A stretch of DNA of 44,077 bases. Source: a virus. Of this stretch, positions 21,432 through 30,245 are shown in pieces. The first letter of the stretch is position 1; each line of letters begins with the position of its first letter. The notes under the pieces are model-generated. The model did not search any database, was not told the DNA's origin, and saw only the letters and a list, made by a program, of their open reading frames with translations. Made by a program: the position numbers and the translations under genes. The stretch is from the UHGV virus genome UHGV-1969024, one strand, 5' to 3'.

Positions 21432-21766
21432 GGGGTGTAACCGCGTTTGTTCCGTGTTCAGCATCATTCTATGTAGAGGGGGCCTAACTTTCGATAAACT
21501 CTTTTACTCCGGTCTTATCACACGGATTGTTCAACAGATAGAAAATGGATATTTTATCGTGGAATTCTCAGTAAACAAAGAAAGCATGTACCGCACTAAT
21601 TTAACAGGGCAGCAGAAATGAATTTGTAAAAATTACGGAGAAAGTGCTTGTGCCAAGATATGGTAAGGTGTTGGACGATGTGGCAGTTGCAAATATTTTT
21701 CAATAATAGGTTTAAATTCTCCCATGATTCATGTATGGTACAAAAAAATATTGATGAGAAAAAAAC

Positions 21767-23638
21767 ATGGACCCATTACTTAATCAAATAGTTATTAGTG
21801 GTACAGGCGAAGCGGTAAAAGTCATGACCGAGAAACTCCTCTCTTCTAGATGGCTTAAAGGGACAGAGGAGGCCATTGGGATAATTGAACAATTAGACCA
21901 ACCTGAAATAAGGTCTAAATATATAGAGAAACATGTGTCTAATGCGCTACGCATGAGAACGCTCCACCAACGAGAACATGATATCTTGCTTGATGATATC
22001 TACTTCCCGTTAACAATTGTAAACGTATCAAATAAAGATGAATTCATAGTTGACAATGAGTGCATCATAACACACTCACGGATTTTAAATATTATTGGTA
22101 TCGCAGGCCAAGGTAAAAGCACCATACTAAGAAAGTTATTTCAAAATGAAATTAGATTAAATAACAGAATCCCTTTTTTTATAGAGTTAAGAAGAATTGA
22201 AAAAGGGACATTGATAGAATATTTTAAATCAACACTTGAGTCACTCGGTGTTGATATAAATCGTACCAACAATCATGTTGAATTGCTTCTACAATCCGGA
22301 AAGATTGTTTTAATGCTTGATGGGTTCGATGAAGTAAAAGCTAACTCAAGGTACGAAATGCTTTCTCAGATAACAGAGTTGAATATACGATATAATTGCC
22401 CCGTTATAGTTACAAGCCGTCCAGAAACTGAAGTGTGCAGAGAGACATCCATTAGTAACCTATTAGTTAAAGAGTTGGACGAGGAAAGTCAACTAGGAAT
22501 ATTAAAAGTATTATCAAATCAATCTGAATTTGTTGAATTATCAAGTGTAATTAGAGACAACCCACAACTCAAAGAAACTCTCAAAACACCCATCTTGATA
22601 AACCTTTTATATGTATGCTATCCATATTGGGATGAGTTACCCAGTAACGTTGTTGAGTTTTATAACAAGCTTTACATTACACTTTATCTTAAACATGATA
22701 GGATGAAATCTTGGGCTCGTGAACGTAAATCAACGCTTAACACAGATGATTCGCTATGGTGTTTTTCTGCCTTGTGCTATTTTTCGATGAGAGATGAAGT
22801 TTTTGAATTTGACACATTATCACTTACCAAATATGCGAAAAAATCCTTAAGCGCTGCTAGTTTCGATGTAAAACAATACGAAGCGTTTGTAGATGATATC
22901 ATTAATATTACTTGTTTAATTCAGCAGGATGGTTTAGACCGGTATGTATTTCTCCATAAGTCAGTACAGGAATATCATGCCGCTTATACAATAAGCAACC
23001 TTCCCAAAGAAATAAAAAAACAATTTTACGATTCGATTACAGAAAACTTATTGTCTAATGATAAATTCGATAATGTTTTGACTTTTTTACATTACATAGA
23101 TAAAGATGCCTTCCAGAAATATATATCCATCGAATATTTCGAAAGGTTAGGCCTGGCGGCTATTGCAGAAGCTGAACTGAATAAAGTGTGCGATTTTATT
23201 ATTAGTAAAATAAAAAAAATGTGCCTATATGCTGAGAAAACAGAAAACGAGAAAGTTACATGGCAATTGGTTGCGTTAATCTCTTCAGAGATTGGAGTTG
23301 ACCTCTTGCCACTGATGAGAGGAGGGCAGCGCCTACATGATGAATTTTTAGATGAATCGATACTCGAAGCCGCGGCTGGAAGTTTTCATATTTCTGAACT
23401 CGAAAAGTATGAATATTCCTATGTTGTTAATCCGATAACCAAAAAAAATTCTATAACTAAGTTTAGAGTAAATCTTGCCAGTTTCATGATAGCAAATAAT
23501 TTACTTTTAGATGTCGCTGAAAGATTAAAGAAAGTTACATCTGAATACTATCATTGTGTTTACGCCCCATTAATTGAAGAGAGGAAAAAGAAGGCTCATG
23601 CATTATATAAAGAATTTGAAATAAAGCGCGAGCCCTGA
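21767..23638 (+). CDS. NACHT-domain STAND NTPase (bacterial NLR-like); candidate anti-phage defence protein
   Basis: Walker A GIAGQGKST (aa 111-119). Walker B IVLMLDGFDE (aa 180-189), the hhhhDGFDE NACHT signature. TSR motif at aa 216-218. C-terminal ~400 aa are helical. Gene is very AT-rich compared with the phage backbone. Confidence 0.75.
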   Translation: MDPLLNQIVISGTGEAVKVMTEKLLSSRWLKGTEEAIGIIEQLDQPEIRSKYIEKHVSNALRMRTLHQREHDILLDDIYFPLTIVNVSNKDEFIVDNECIITHSRILNIIGIAGQGKSTILRKLFQNEIRLNNRIPFFIELRRIEKGTLIEYFKSTLESLGVDINRTNNHVELLLQSGKIVLMLDGFDEVKANSRYEMLSQITELNIRYNCPVIVTSRPETEVCRETSISNLLVKELDEESQLGILKVLSNQSEFVELSSVIRDNPQLKETLKTPILINLLYVCYPYWDELPSNVVEFYNKLYITLYLKHDRMKSWARERKSTLNTDDSLWCFSALCYFSMRDEVFEFDTLSLTKYAKKSLSAASFDVKQYEAFVDDIINITCLIQQDGLDRYVFLHKSVQEYHAAYTISNLPKEIKKQFYDSITENLLSNDKFDNVLTFLHYIDKDAFQKYISIEYFERLGLAAIAEAELNKVCDFIISKIKKMCLYAEKTENEKVTWQLVALISSEIGVDLLPLMRGGQRLHDEFLDESILEAAAGSFHISELEKYEYSYVVNPITKKNSITKFRVNLASFMIANNLLLDVAERLKKVTSEYYHCVYAPLIEERKKKAHALYKEFEIKREP

Positions 23639-23851
23639 ATAAAAGCTACTCTCAAAGGATTTTAGGCAGGATAAATTGGCGCAGCTCATTATTCTGCCTT
23701 TTGATTATATGTATTAATTGCTAATTTATTATCCTGTGATTAATGTTATAACCTTGCATTCATATTTATTGCGTCTAGATCCATTGGTAAGTACAACTTG
23801 GGTTTTTGTTATGTTCGCTATTGCCACTTTGCGGACAGCTTACTGATTGAA

Positions 23852-23872
23852 ATGTCCGCATGGAGCGGACAT
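23852..23872. terminator. Hairpin between convergent genes (possible bidirectional terminator)
   Basis: atgtccgc-atgga-gcggacat, an 8-bp stem in AT-rich flanks. Confidence 0.4.
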
Positions 23873-23952
23873 TGATATTATTAGAACTTGGATTATCTAC
23901 AAATTAGACTTATAGGTATTTCTGATATCCCTCTATCTATACTTTGTGAATA

Positions 23953-25413
23953 TTAATCTATGCTATCAAGAAGGTCAAAAATATTGTCTGGCTGCAATGC
24001 CCATCTGTACGCAGGGTGTACCTCCCAATCATAGCCGAAATCAGCAAACTTGCTGGAAAGATATCTATTTTGCTCGAAGTATTTTCTGTCTATTGTTCCG
24101 TCTGGCAGAACTTTTCTTGCTGTAATAAAACCTATTTTATATAAGAATGCTGCTAATTCTTTTGTTGATAGAGTTTTATTGTTTCTTCCTTTGAATATGC
24201 CTTGTTGTTCTATTGATTTTATTTTTTCCAGCAAGGAGTTCGTAGAGTAGTTATAATTCTCTGATGCTTTAAGTTGTCGTTTTGAGGGTTTCATTCCCAG
24301 TATTAAGCGTTCGACATCTGGTAATTCAGATACAAATTCATTAATTGTATCTTGTAATCTGCCTTGAGAATATTCATCTAGTATTGCCTGCAAATGTTTC
24401 GTCTTAATTATTGGGGATTCATCATCCTGAGCCTGCCTAGCTGCGAGGGTTAAAAGCTTTACTAGGTCTCGAGGTCTTTTTCTAATCAATGACATTAAAA
24501 TTTTATGCATGGGTGCATTAGACCACTTACCTCTTCCTGTAAATCTATCTTCAATTATATCTGTTAAGTAATTCATCAAGTCTGATTGTTTTTTTTGTAG
24601 AAGTTCTTTATCACTTACACCATAATGTCCATTATATGTTGCAACCCTTTTTATCAGAAGTGCAAATATTTCATGGTTTGACCAGTCGAACCAAATAACA
24701 GAGCCTTCAGTTTTATCGGTAGACTCATCCGATGTTCTTGAAAGGAAATAAACATCTGATCTCAAGTTTACCCTGAAATACACACCACGATTTTCACTGG
24801 AAATATCTCTCACAGCATTAAGTAGTGCGGAGATTCTCTGTATGTCTTCTAATCTTCCTTGCCATCCTCGGTCAAGATCATCTATATAAATTGAAACTTT
24901 GTTTGTGTCTAAAAAATTACGTATTGCCTTGGCTTTTATTTCGGAGTTTATCCTGGATAAATCAACTTTATCTTTGATATTGATTGTTTCACTCAAAACA
25001 TCTAATAGAGTTACACCCGCCCCCAATGCTTTATGTATTATGCTTTTGTCCTCGTCGAATAAACCGAAGTAGGTCATAATCTTATTAGTTATGATTTCGT
25101 TTATTCCTAATTTCCAACGAGTAATGAGGGATAAAAAATCCTCATCTTTACCGCCAATACCTGCTATATCATCTGGTTTTATAATGAAAGTTAACCGCCC
25201 ATTATTTCTTTCATCATCCATGCCAATTTGAAATAAAGCCGACTTACCGATTCCCTTATGCCCAACCAATATTCTTAAAGGAATGTCAACAATGACTTTT
25301 GAATAAATTTTTCCTTTAAAATAGTATTCTTTTAGTCGATCTATTTCTTCACTTTCAGCCGCCTCTTGACCAAAAAGGCGTTGTATGTTTAGTTCTGAAA
25401 AATCCATCTCCAA
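23953..25413 (-). CDS. P-loop NTPase, KAP-family-like (Walker B DDLDR); candidate defence/exclusion protein
   Basis: 486 aa. Walker A GHKGIGKS (aa 51-58). Walker B SIYIDDLDRGW (aa 174-184). AT-rich. Convergent with the NACHT gene. Confidence 0.5.
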   Translation of the reverse strand: MEMDFSELNIQRLFGQEAAESEEIDRLKEYYFKGKIYSKVIVDIPLRILVGHKGIGKSALFQIGMDDERNNGRLTFIIKPDDIAGIGGKDEDFLSLITRWKLGINEIITNKIMTYFGLFDEDKSIIHKALGAGVTLLDVLSETINIKDKVDLSRINSEIKAKAIRNFLDTNKVSIYIDDLDRGWQGRLEDIQRISALLNAVRDISSENRGVYFRVNLRSDVYFLSRTSDESTDKTEGSVIWFDWSNHEIFALLIKRVATYNGHYGVSDKELLQKKQSDLMNYLTDIIEDRFTGRGKWSNAPMHKILMSLIRKRPRDLVKLLTLAARQAQDDESPIIKTKHLQAILDEYSQGRLQDTINEFVSELPDVERLILGMKPSKRQLKASENYNYSTNSLLEKIKSIEQQGIFKGRNNKTLSTKELAAFLYKIGFITARKVLPDGTIDRKYFEQNRYLSSKFADFGYDWEVHPAYRWALQPDNIFDLLDSID

Positions 25414-26160
25414 CCCTCTTCAATAAGTAACTGTTAGTACATTACATAAAATATCAAATACATTACAACATAAATATACTATAACACTAGAATTTTCATA
25501 GGCGAAGTATGAAGCCTAAATGTCAGTTGCGATCTTTCTCACAAAAGCTACACCCGTTACGTAACTAATGGCACTTGCCCTGCTGTCTGTATAGAAGGAA
25601 CCGTCACCACCATAGTCTGTATCATTGAGGAAGGAATTAAGGTGCGAATAAATTTTCCTTATGGAACTCAAGTGTCTAGTCTTAATCTGACTTCGTAGGT
25701 GACGAGATACGTTCAGTTTTATCAGAAACTGACACAAAAAAATGAGCGGGTAGTTTTTATTATCTAGCGCTAAAAAATATAATTAACTTTCAGAGATATA
25801 ATTACCTTAAAAGACTCTACAGCTGGTACAAGCCATTTAACCTCCTTTATAACATAATCCAGTCCAGCAGATTCAGAAAAACGATCATTGTTGTATAAGA
25901 TGAAGTATTCAATAACAACGGTTTACGCTGTTTGCGCAGGACTTCTACATAATCCAAAGCGAACGTTAGAGGTGAGGTTGTTGCGGAAATTGAGACCTAC
26001 TATAAAAAACTGCTATGACGAGTTTCCAACAAATTTATGGACAATTCCTTCATAATTAAACTGTTTAATAACCTATAACCATTTGATAACTATAGCTAAG
26101 CTAAAAAAGTTTGTTATGAAATTCGATCATAAGCCTTTGATTATGACATTAAAAGCGCAC

Positions 26161-26217
26161 GATTTAAAATCCCTCGGCGTTCGCGCTGTGTGGGTTCAAG
26201 TCCCACTCCGGGTACCA
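26161..26217 (+). other. attP core: 3-prime half of a tRNA-Leu (UAA-type, class II) gene from anticodon loop to CCA
   Basis: gatttaaaatccctcggcgttcgcgctgtgtgggttcaagtcccactccgggtacca. Long variable arm and GGTTCAAGTCC T-arm ending ACCA. No 5-prime half upstream. Integrase gene is adjacent. Confidence 0.65.
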
Positions 26218-26256
26218 TTGGGAAATATAGAATAATCAAAGCAATAAGCAGTGTCG

Positions 26257-26283
26257 TGAAACCACCTACGGGTGGTTTTTTTG
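26257..26283 (+). terminator. Rho-independent terminator after the tRNA fragment (reconstitutes the tRNA gene 3-prime end on integration)
   Basis: aaaccacctacgggtggttt hairpin plus a T run. Confidence 0.6.
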
Positions 26284-26308
26284 TTCCAAAACCACCCATT
26301 TCATAATA

Positions 26309-27343
26309 TCACTTCATAATATTTTTCCTTTCCACCTGTCCATCTACAACCGGAACTACCGCAATTTTTCTGTCATACCGGGCAGTTTGCTCAACGTTCT
26401 TATGCCCTGATATTGCCTGTTTCTCGTACAGATTACCCTGGAGGTCAGATATCCCTTTTGCTTTGAGATCGTGGAACGTGAAGTCAAAGGAAAGGTGAGG
26501 GTACTGTTCCTGCGCCTCAATTTTTGCTTTTCTCCAGCGGCTGTTAAAGCCGTCTCGTGTGTATTTTCCGCCTGCTGGCTGGTGGATGACATACAGACTG
26601 CTCATGCCAGCGTTAAGAGGTAAATTTTTTGCCAACTCAAGTGCAGCGTTCAAGCGCGGGCTCCATGCTTTTATCTGAGCAACAGACGTTTTACTTTGCT
26701 TTATCAGGATACCTTCTTCCATAAATTGGCTTTTTTTCATCTCCAGTACATCGTTTTGTCTGGCACAGCAGAGGTAAGCGAGTTCCATTGCGACTTTCAC
26801 AATGTCTGGCGCTACAGAGTACAGCGCCTGGTATTCCTCATTGGTTATGTAGCGATCTCGGCTAACTTCTTTATACTGGCGGACACCCTTTGTGGGGTTC
26901 CCTTTAACGAACCCGCGTTCATAAGCCCAGCGATACACGCGAGACATGAAAGCTTTTTCTCTGTTAGCTTGTGTCCTGCTTTTTATTCCCCGCTTGTCCA
27001 TGTAACGCCGGACATGTTCAGGTTTGATAGCGTCCGGCGGCATTTTCCCAAATACATCAATAATTTTTTTTGAGTACTTTCTATAGTCCTTTTGGGTTTC
27101 CAGAGCCAGCTCGAAAAATTCACCAGATTTAAAGAAGCGTTCGATAAGTCCTTCCATCATGGAGTCGTCCGGGCGATCGTTCATTAGCGCTTCCCATGCA
27201 CTCCATACCTGAGCTTGTGTACTGGTTTTGTCGCAGAGGCGAATGTTGCCGCCTCCTTTAGGATGATATTCATATGCTGATCTCCCGAGGTAAACCCTCG
27301 GTGGCATCCAGGCATCGTCTTTATTTTTTCTTGGGCGTGGCAT
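26309..27343 (-). CDS. int: Tyrosine integrase (phage integrase family)
   Basis: 344 aa. C-terminal HDLKAKGISD...GHKNVEQTARYDRK carries the catalytic His and Tyr. Adjacent to the tRNA-derived att core. Confidence 0.9.
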   Translation of the reverse strand: MPRPRKNKDDAWMPPRVYLGRSAYEYHPKGGGNIRLCDKTSTQAQVWSAWEALMNDRPDDSMMEGLIERFFKSGEFFELALETQKDYRKYSKKIIDVFGKMPPDAIKPEHVRRYMDKRGIKSRTQANREKAFMSRVYRWAYERGFVKGNPTKGVRQYKEVSRDRYITNEEYQALYSVAPDIVKVAMELAYLCCARQNDVLEMKKSQFMEEGILIKQSKTSVAQIKAWSPRLNAALELAKNLPLNAGMSSLYVIHQPAGGKYTRDGFNSRWRKAKIEAQEQYPHLSFDFTFHDLKAKGISDLQGNLYEKQAISGHKNVEQTARYDRKIAVVPVVDGQVERKNIMK

Positions 27344-27600
27344 TAATCAAGTGCTCCAAAGTTGGGCTGCAGCGAATTATCGACGTTGTTCTGTCGTAAT
27401 CTCTGAGCTAAAGGATTATTGAAATGCGCCCAGGTAGTGCGTGGTCTTCCGTCTCGCCCTTCAACAAAGAAAATCCCGGCATCACGTAAACACTGTGATT
27501 GCTTTGAGGGGATCTTGTATCCAGTAATTCGTTCGAGGTCTGTGTTTGAAATGATCTCGTTATCAAGATTCATAGTGTATCTCCACAAGTCCGGCTGCAA
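27343..27600 (-). CDS. xis: Excisionase / recombination directionality factor candidate (DUF4224-like)
   Basis: TGYKIPSKQSQCLRDAGIFFVEGRDGRP motif. Stop overlaps the int start. An alternative start at MNLDNE is possible. Confidence 0.55.
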   Translation of the reverse strand: MQPDLWRYTMNLDNEIISNTDLERITGYKIPSKQSQCLRDAGIFFVEGRDGRPRTTWAHFNNPLAQRLRQNNVDNSLQPNFGALD

Positions 27601-27639
27601 CCGGCTTAACTTCTACAATTCTTTTCTCCGGGCCAGTCG

Positions 27640-27831
27640 TCACTCGATAGGCTTGATGGTGTCGAGCAGCAGCCGGCGGCGCGTATTTTCTGCAAAATGA
27701 CGGCATCCGGTCGCTTTGTGGTAAAACTCGTTTTTGCCAACGACCCACATCCGCTCTGTCTGATGCAGTTTTTTAACCTTCGGACCGTCTTTGGTGATCA
27801 CGGTACCGGTATGGGTTTTTATGATTGTCAT
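27640..27831 (-). CDS. Hypothetical small protein (63 aa from MTIIKTHTG)
   Basis: ORF in the int-xis operon. No motif recognised. Confidence 0.35.
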   Translation of the reverse strand: MTIIKTHTGTVITKDGPKVKKLHQTERMWVVGKNEFYHKATGCRHFAENTRRRLLLDTIKPIE

Positions 27832-28613
27832 ACGGACTCCCCAAGTACCCAACGGAGTGCGCTTGCATACTCACCTTCGGCAGATTCCAGGGCTTTAGTA
27901 ATTTCTTTGCGGGTTTTCAGACGCGGCTTTTGCTCGCCGAGAATCTTACGCTGACGCCGGGCTTTTTCATGGCCGGTTGTGCCAGCTGTCGCCAGCTCGA
28001 TTGCTGACACTTTTGCACGCTGTTCTTCAGGTGGGAGCGCACCAAGCTGACGCGCCTGGGTAACGGTGACCGTTCCGGACTCCACTGCATCGCGAACAGC
28101 CTGGGTGGCATCCAGCAGTGACAGCGTTGCGCGTACGGTCTGAACGCTGCAGCCAAACAACACCGCAATGTCGTCCTCATCGAGCCCGCGGTCGAGCGCG
28201 TCTGACATTTTTTTAGCCCGGCCCAGCGGCGTATCGGGTCGGCGAATTTCGTTTTCGCTGACCATGTATTTAGCCATCTGATTTGCCGAACCACGCTTAA
28301 CGACTCCGGGAACAAGCAGTGGGTCTTTGCCCTCTTTCAAAAGAAGCTTATTTGCCTCCAGCGTATGTTTAACGCGCTGACGGCCTGCAACTACGCAGGT
28401 GAGTCCAATTTCAGGGTCTTTCCAGACAATAATCGGCTCCAGTACACCCAGCTCCTTGATGTTCAGTACCATCCCTTCGTCGATCGGCAGGTTGATACGT
28501 TCATCGTAGAGAAGATGGGTTTTGTCGGTAACAAGATGCAGCTTTTCCGGTTCGAACATCAGAACGTTGGTTTTGCCGTTGGCGCCGTATACAAGCTTTG
28601 AGTCTTTAGCCAT
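27828..28613 (-). CDS. ParB/sulfiredoxin-like nuclease-domain protein
   Basis: VVAGRQRVKHTLEA matches the ParB GxxRxxA box. C-terminal HTH-like region. ATGA overlap with both flanking genes. Confidence 0.6.
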   Translation of the reverse strand: MAKDSKLVYGANGKTNVLMFEPEKLHLVTDKTHLLYDERINLPIDEGMVLNIKELGVLEPIIVWKDPEIGLTCVVAGRQRVKHTLEANKLLLKEGKDPLLVPGVVKRGSANQMAKYMVSENEIRRPDTPLGRAKKMSDALDRGLDEDDIAVLFGCSVQTVRATLSLLDATQAVRDAVESGTVTVTQARQLGALPPEEQRAKVSAIELATAGTTGHEKARRQRKILGEQKPRLKTRKEITKALESAEGEYASALRWVLGESV

Positions 28614-28912
28614 CAGAGAGCCTCCACGTTACGGAAGCTGGTGGGGCAAATTGCTTTCAAATCGCGCATTGCTTCGAGGACATGCAGATTTGTGCGTTTC
28701 TTGGTATGTCGCTCAGTAATACGATCACACTCCTTCGCCCATGATTTGACTTCGATGAGAAGAGCGTCTCGTTCGATACGAACCTGGCGAAGAGCTACGT
28801 TCGAAACATCGAGGATAGCCGCCAGTTCTTTGACGATCGTTCCCTGAGCTGGTGGCATATCTCTGGCAATTTCGTATGCCTCTTTAATTAGTTGATTTGC
28901 TGTCTTAGCCAT
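28613..28912 (-). CDS. Hypothetical protein (99 aa), first gene of the leftward early operon
   Basis: ORF with RBS gagaatg. Not arginine-rich, so not N-like. Confidence 0.45.
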   Translation of the reverse strand: MAKTANQLIKEAYEIARDMPPAQGTIVKELAAILDVSNVALRQVRIERDALLIEVKSWAKECDRITERHTKKRTNLHVLEAMRDLKAICPTSFRNVEAL

Positions 28913-29048
28913 CTCTTATTCTCCATCTGACGCGCTGCAACGCGTGAATTTAGGGTGCAGCAACCCAACCCATGAAAGTGGGTGAATAGCTGGTTAGAAT
29001 TTCTTGCTGATGGGTTAGCCGCCACTGCAATGGCGGCACGTTAGTTCT

Positions 29049-29128
29049 CCACACAACTGGAAGCGCACTCCTTCAGTTACAAACCGATCCCCACCGGAAG
29101 AAGAGGAATGCGCTTCCGTGTTGTGTGC
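29049..29128. repeat. Long imperfect inverted repeat (about 23-bp arms, 34-nt spacer) in the leftward early leader
   Basis: ccacacaactggaagcgcactcc ... ggaatgcgcttccgtgttgtgtg. A second hairpin gccgccactgcaatggcggc lies at 29019..29038. Confidence 0.6.
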
Positions 29129-29212
29129 TATTCACCTATTCCTTACGACATTAATGTAGGATAACTTACCTTTTGGTGTCAATGCCGTTTGTAGGAAAAC
29201 TTACATTCAGGT

Positions 29213-29240
29213 GTAAAAAAAACCGGCTTTGATGCCGGTT
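29213..29240 (-). terminator. Rho-independent terminator downstream of cI (minus strand)
   Basis: On the minus strand: aaccggcatcaaagccggtt followed by T8. Confidence 0.65.
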
Positions 29241-29257
29241 TCATTGTTCTTCAAAAA

Positions 29258-29914
29258 TCAGAGGTCCGTGACAACCTGCCTGACAACACCAACGATCTTA
29301 CAGTTGCCATTTACTTCCATCACACGATAGTTCGGATTAAGAGGAACCAAATATTTTATAGGTCCATCAATTACAAATTTTTTCAGCGTTGCCTCTGCTG
29401 AGCCCATCACTTGGGCAACGACAATCTTACCGTTTACTTCGTAAATACTGCCGTAGTCTGGGTCAACAACAACGATTGAGCCCTCAGGTATGCTTGGGGC
29501 ACCGTTAGGGTTAGTCATTGAATCACCACGTACTTTCAGAGCGAATCCTTCATCACAAAGATTTGCGGTTGTGTAAATCCATTCTGAAACATCATTTTCG
29601 GTAACTGGCGCGCCGCTTTCGGTCCATTCACCAGCCTGAACCCAAGATAAGACTGGAATCCTTTTCACGCCAAAACGTTCGGTAGGCTTATAGGTTGGTG
29701 CCTCCGATACAGGATCTCCAATACCATGAATTATCCATTGAGGATTCGTTTTTAACGCAGCAGCAAGCGCCTGAAGGTTAGAACCCCCTGGCTCATAATC
29801 TCCTGACTCCCACCCAGTAACAGTCACACGGTTAACGCCCACTAATTTGGCTAAGACCGCTTGGGTTAGTTTCAGCTCTTTACGTCTTGCACGGATGCGT
29901 TCATTCATTTTCAT
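29258..29914 (-). CDS. cI: CI-type repressor (HTH_XRE + S24 LexA-like peptidase)
   Basis: Start taken as MKMNERIRARRKELKLTQAVLAKLVGVNRVTVTGWE (HTH). C-terminal GDSM Ser and LKKF Lys dyad. The ORF-track N-terminal extension runs through the operator region and is rejected. Confidence 0.85.
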   Translation of the reverse strand: MKMNERIRARRKELKLTQAVLAKLVGVNRVTVTGWESGDYEPGGSNLQALAAALKTNPQWIIHGIGDPVSEAPTYKPTERFGVKRIPVLSWVQAGEWTESGAPVTENDVSEWIYTTANLCDEGFALKVRGDSMTNPNGAPSIPEGSIVVVDPDYGSIYEVNGKIVVAQVMGSAEATLKKFVIDGPIKYLVPLNPNYRVMEVNGNCKIVGVVRQVVTDL

Positions 29915-29976
29915 GTAGGCAATCCTACCATTTTGTAATGTAGGAATCCTTGACCTTTGAGTGTAAGATATCCTAC
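29915..29976. promoter_or_regulatory. Divergent cI-cro operator/promoter region with three related 14-bp sites
   Basis: GTAGGCAATCCTAC (29915..29928), GTAGGAATCCT (29940..29950) and GTAAGATATCCTAC (29963..29976). A repeated TCCTACCATTTG lies beside sites 1 and 3. Confidence 0.5.
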
Positions 29977-30013
29977 CATTTGTTTGTCTGCTTCCCTTAC
30001 ATATGAGGAAAAA

Positions 30014-30211
30014 ATGAAAAAAGTTGACGTGATTACTTACTTTGGCTCCGTCGGTAATGTGGCAAAAGCGCTGGGTATATCTCATGCCTCTGTATCCGGT
30101 TGGGGGGAGGTCATTCCAAAAGGGCGAGCATTTGAAATCCAAGCTCTAACAGAAATGAAGCTGAAAGTTAACCCGGAGTTGTATTTAAAGGCTAATCAAA
30201 CAGCAGCTTAA
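30014..30211 (+). CDS. cro: Cro-like HTH regulator
   Basis: 65 aa from MKKVDV after RBS gaggaaaaa. HTH VAKALGISHASVSGW. Divergent from cI. Confidence 0.7.
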   Translation: MKKVDVITYFGSVGNVAKALGISHASVSGWGEVIPKGRAFEIQALTEMKLKVNPELYLKANQTAA

Positions 30212-30245
30212 CCGTTACTACTAATTGTAAGCAAAAAGGGTAGGT

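Noticed and set aside
21373-21621. 82-aa ORF overlapping the end of the 76-aa gene and the NACHT upstream region
   Set aside because: Overlaps a better ORF out of frame and spans an AT-rich promoter-like region. No RBS.
25516-25737. 73-aa minus-strand ORF upstream of the KAP-like gene
   Set aside because: Low-complexity odd composition with no RBS, inside an AT-rich promoter region. Probably spurious, though a small partner gene cannot be fully excluded.
26161-26217. Possible complete tRNA gene
   Set aside because: Only the 3-prime half (anticodon loop to CCA) is present. No acceptor or D-arm sequence upstream. It is an attP core fragment, not a functional tRNA.
29915-30142. N-terminal 76-codon extension of the repressor ORF (MDFKCSPFWN...)
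   Set aside because: It runs through the operator/promoter repeats and the cro start. The HTH begins at MKMNERI, so the cI start is 29914.
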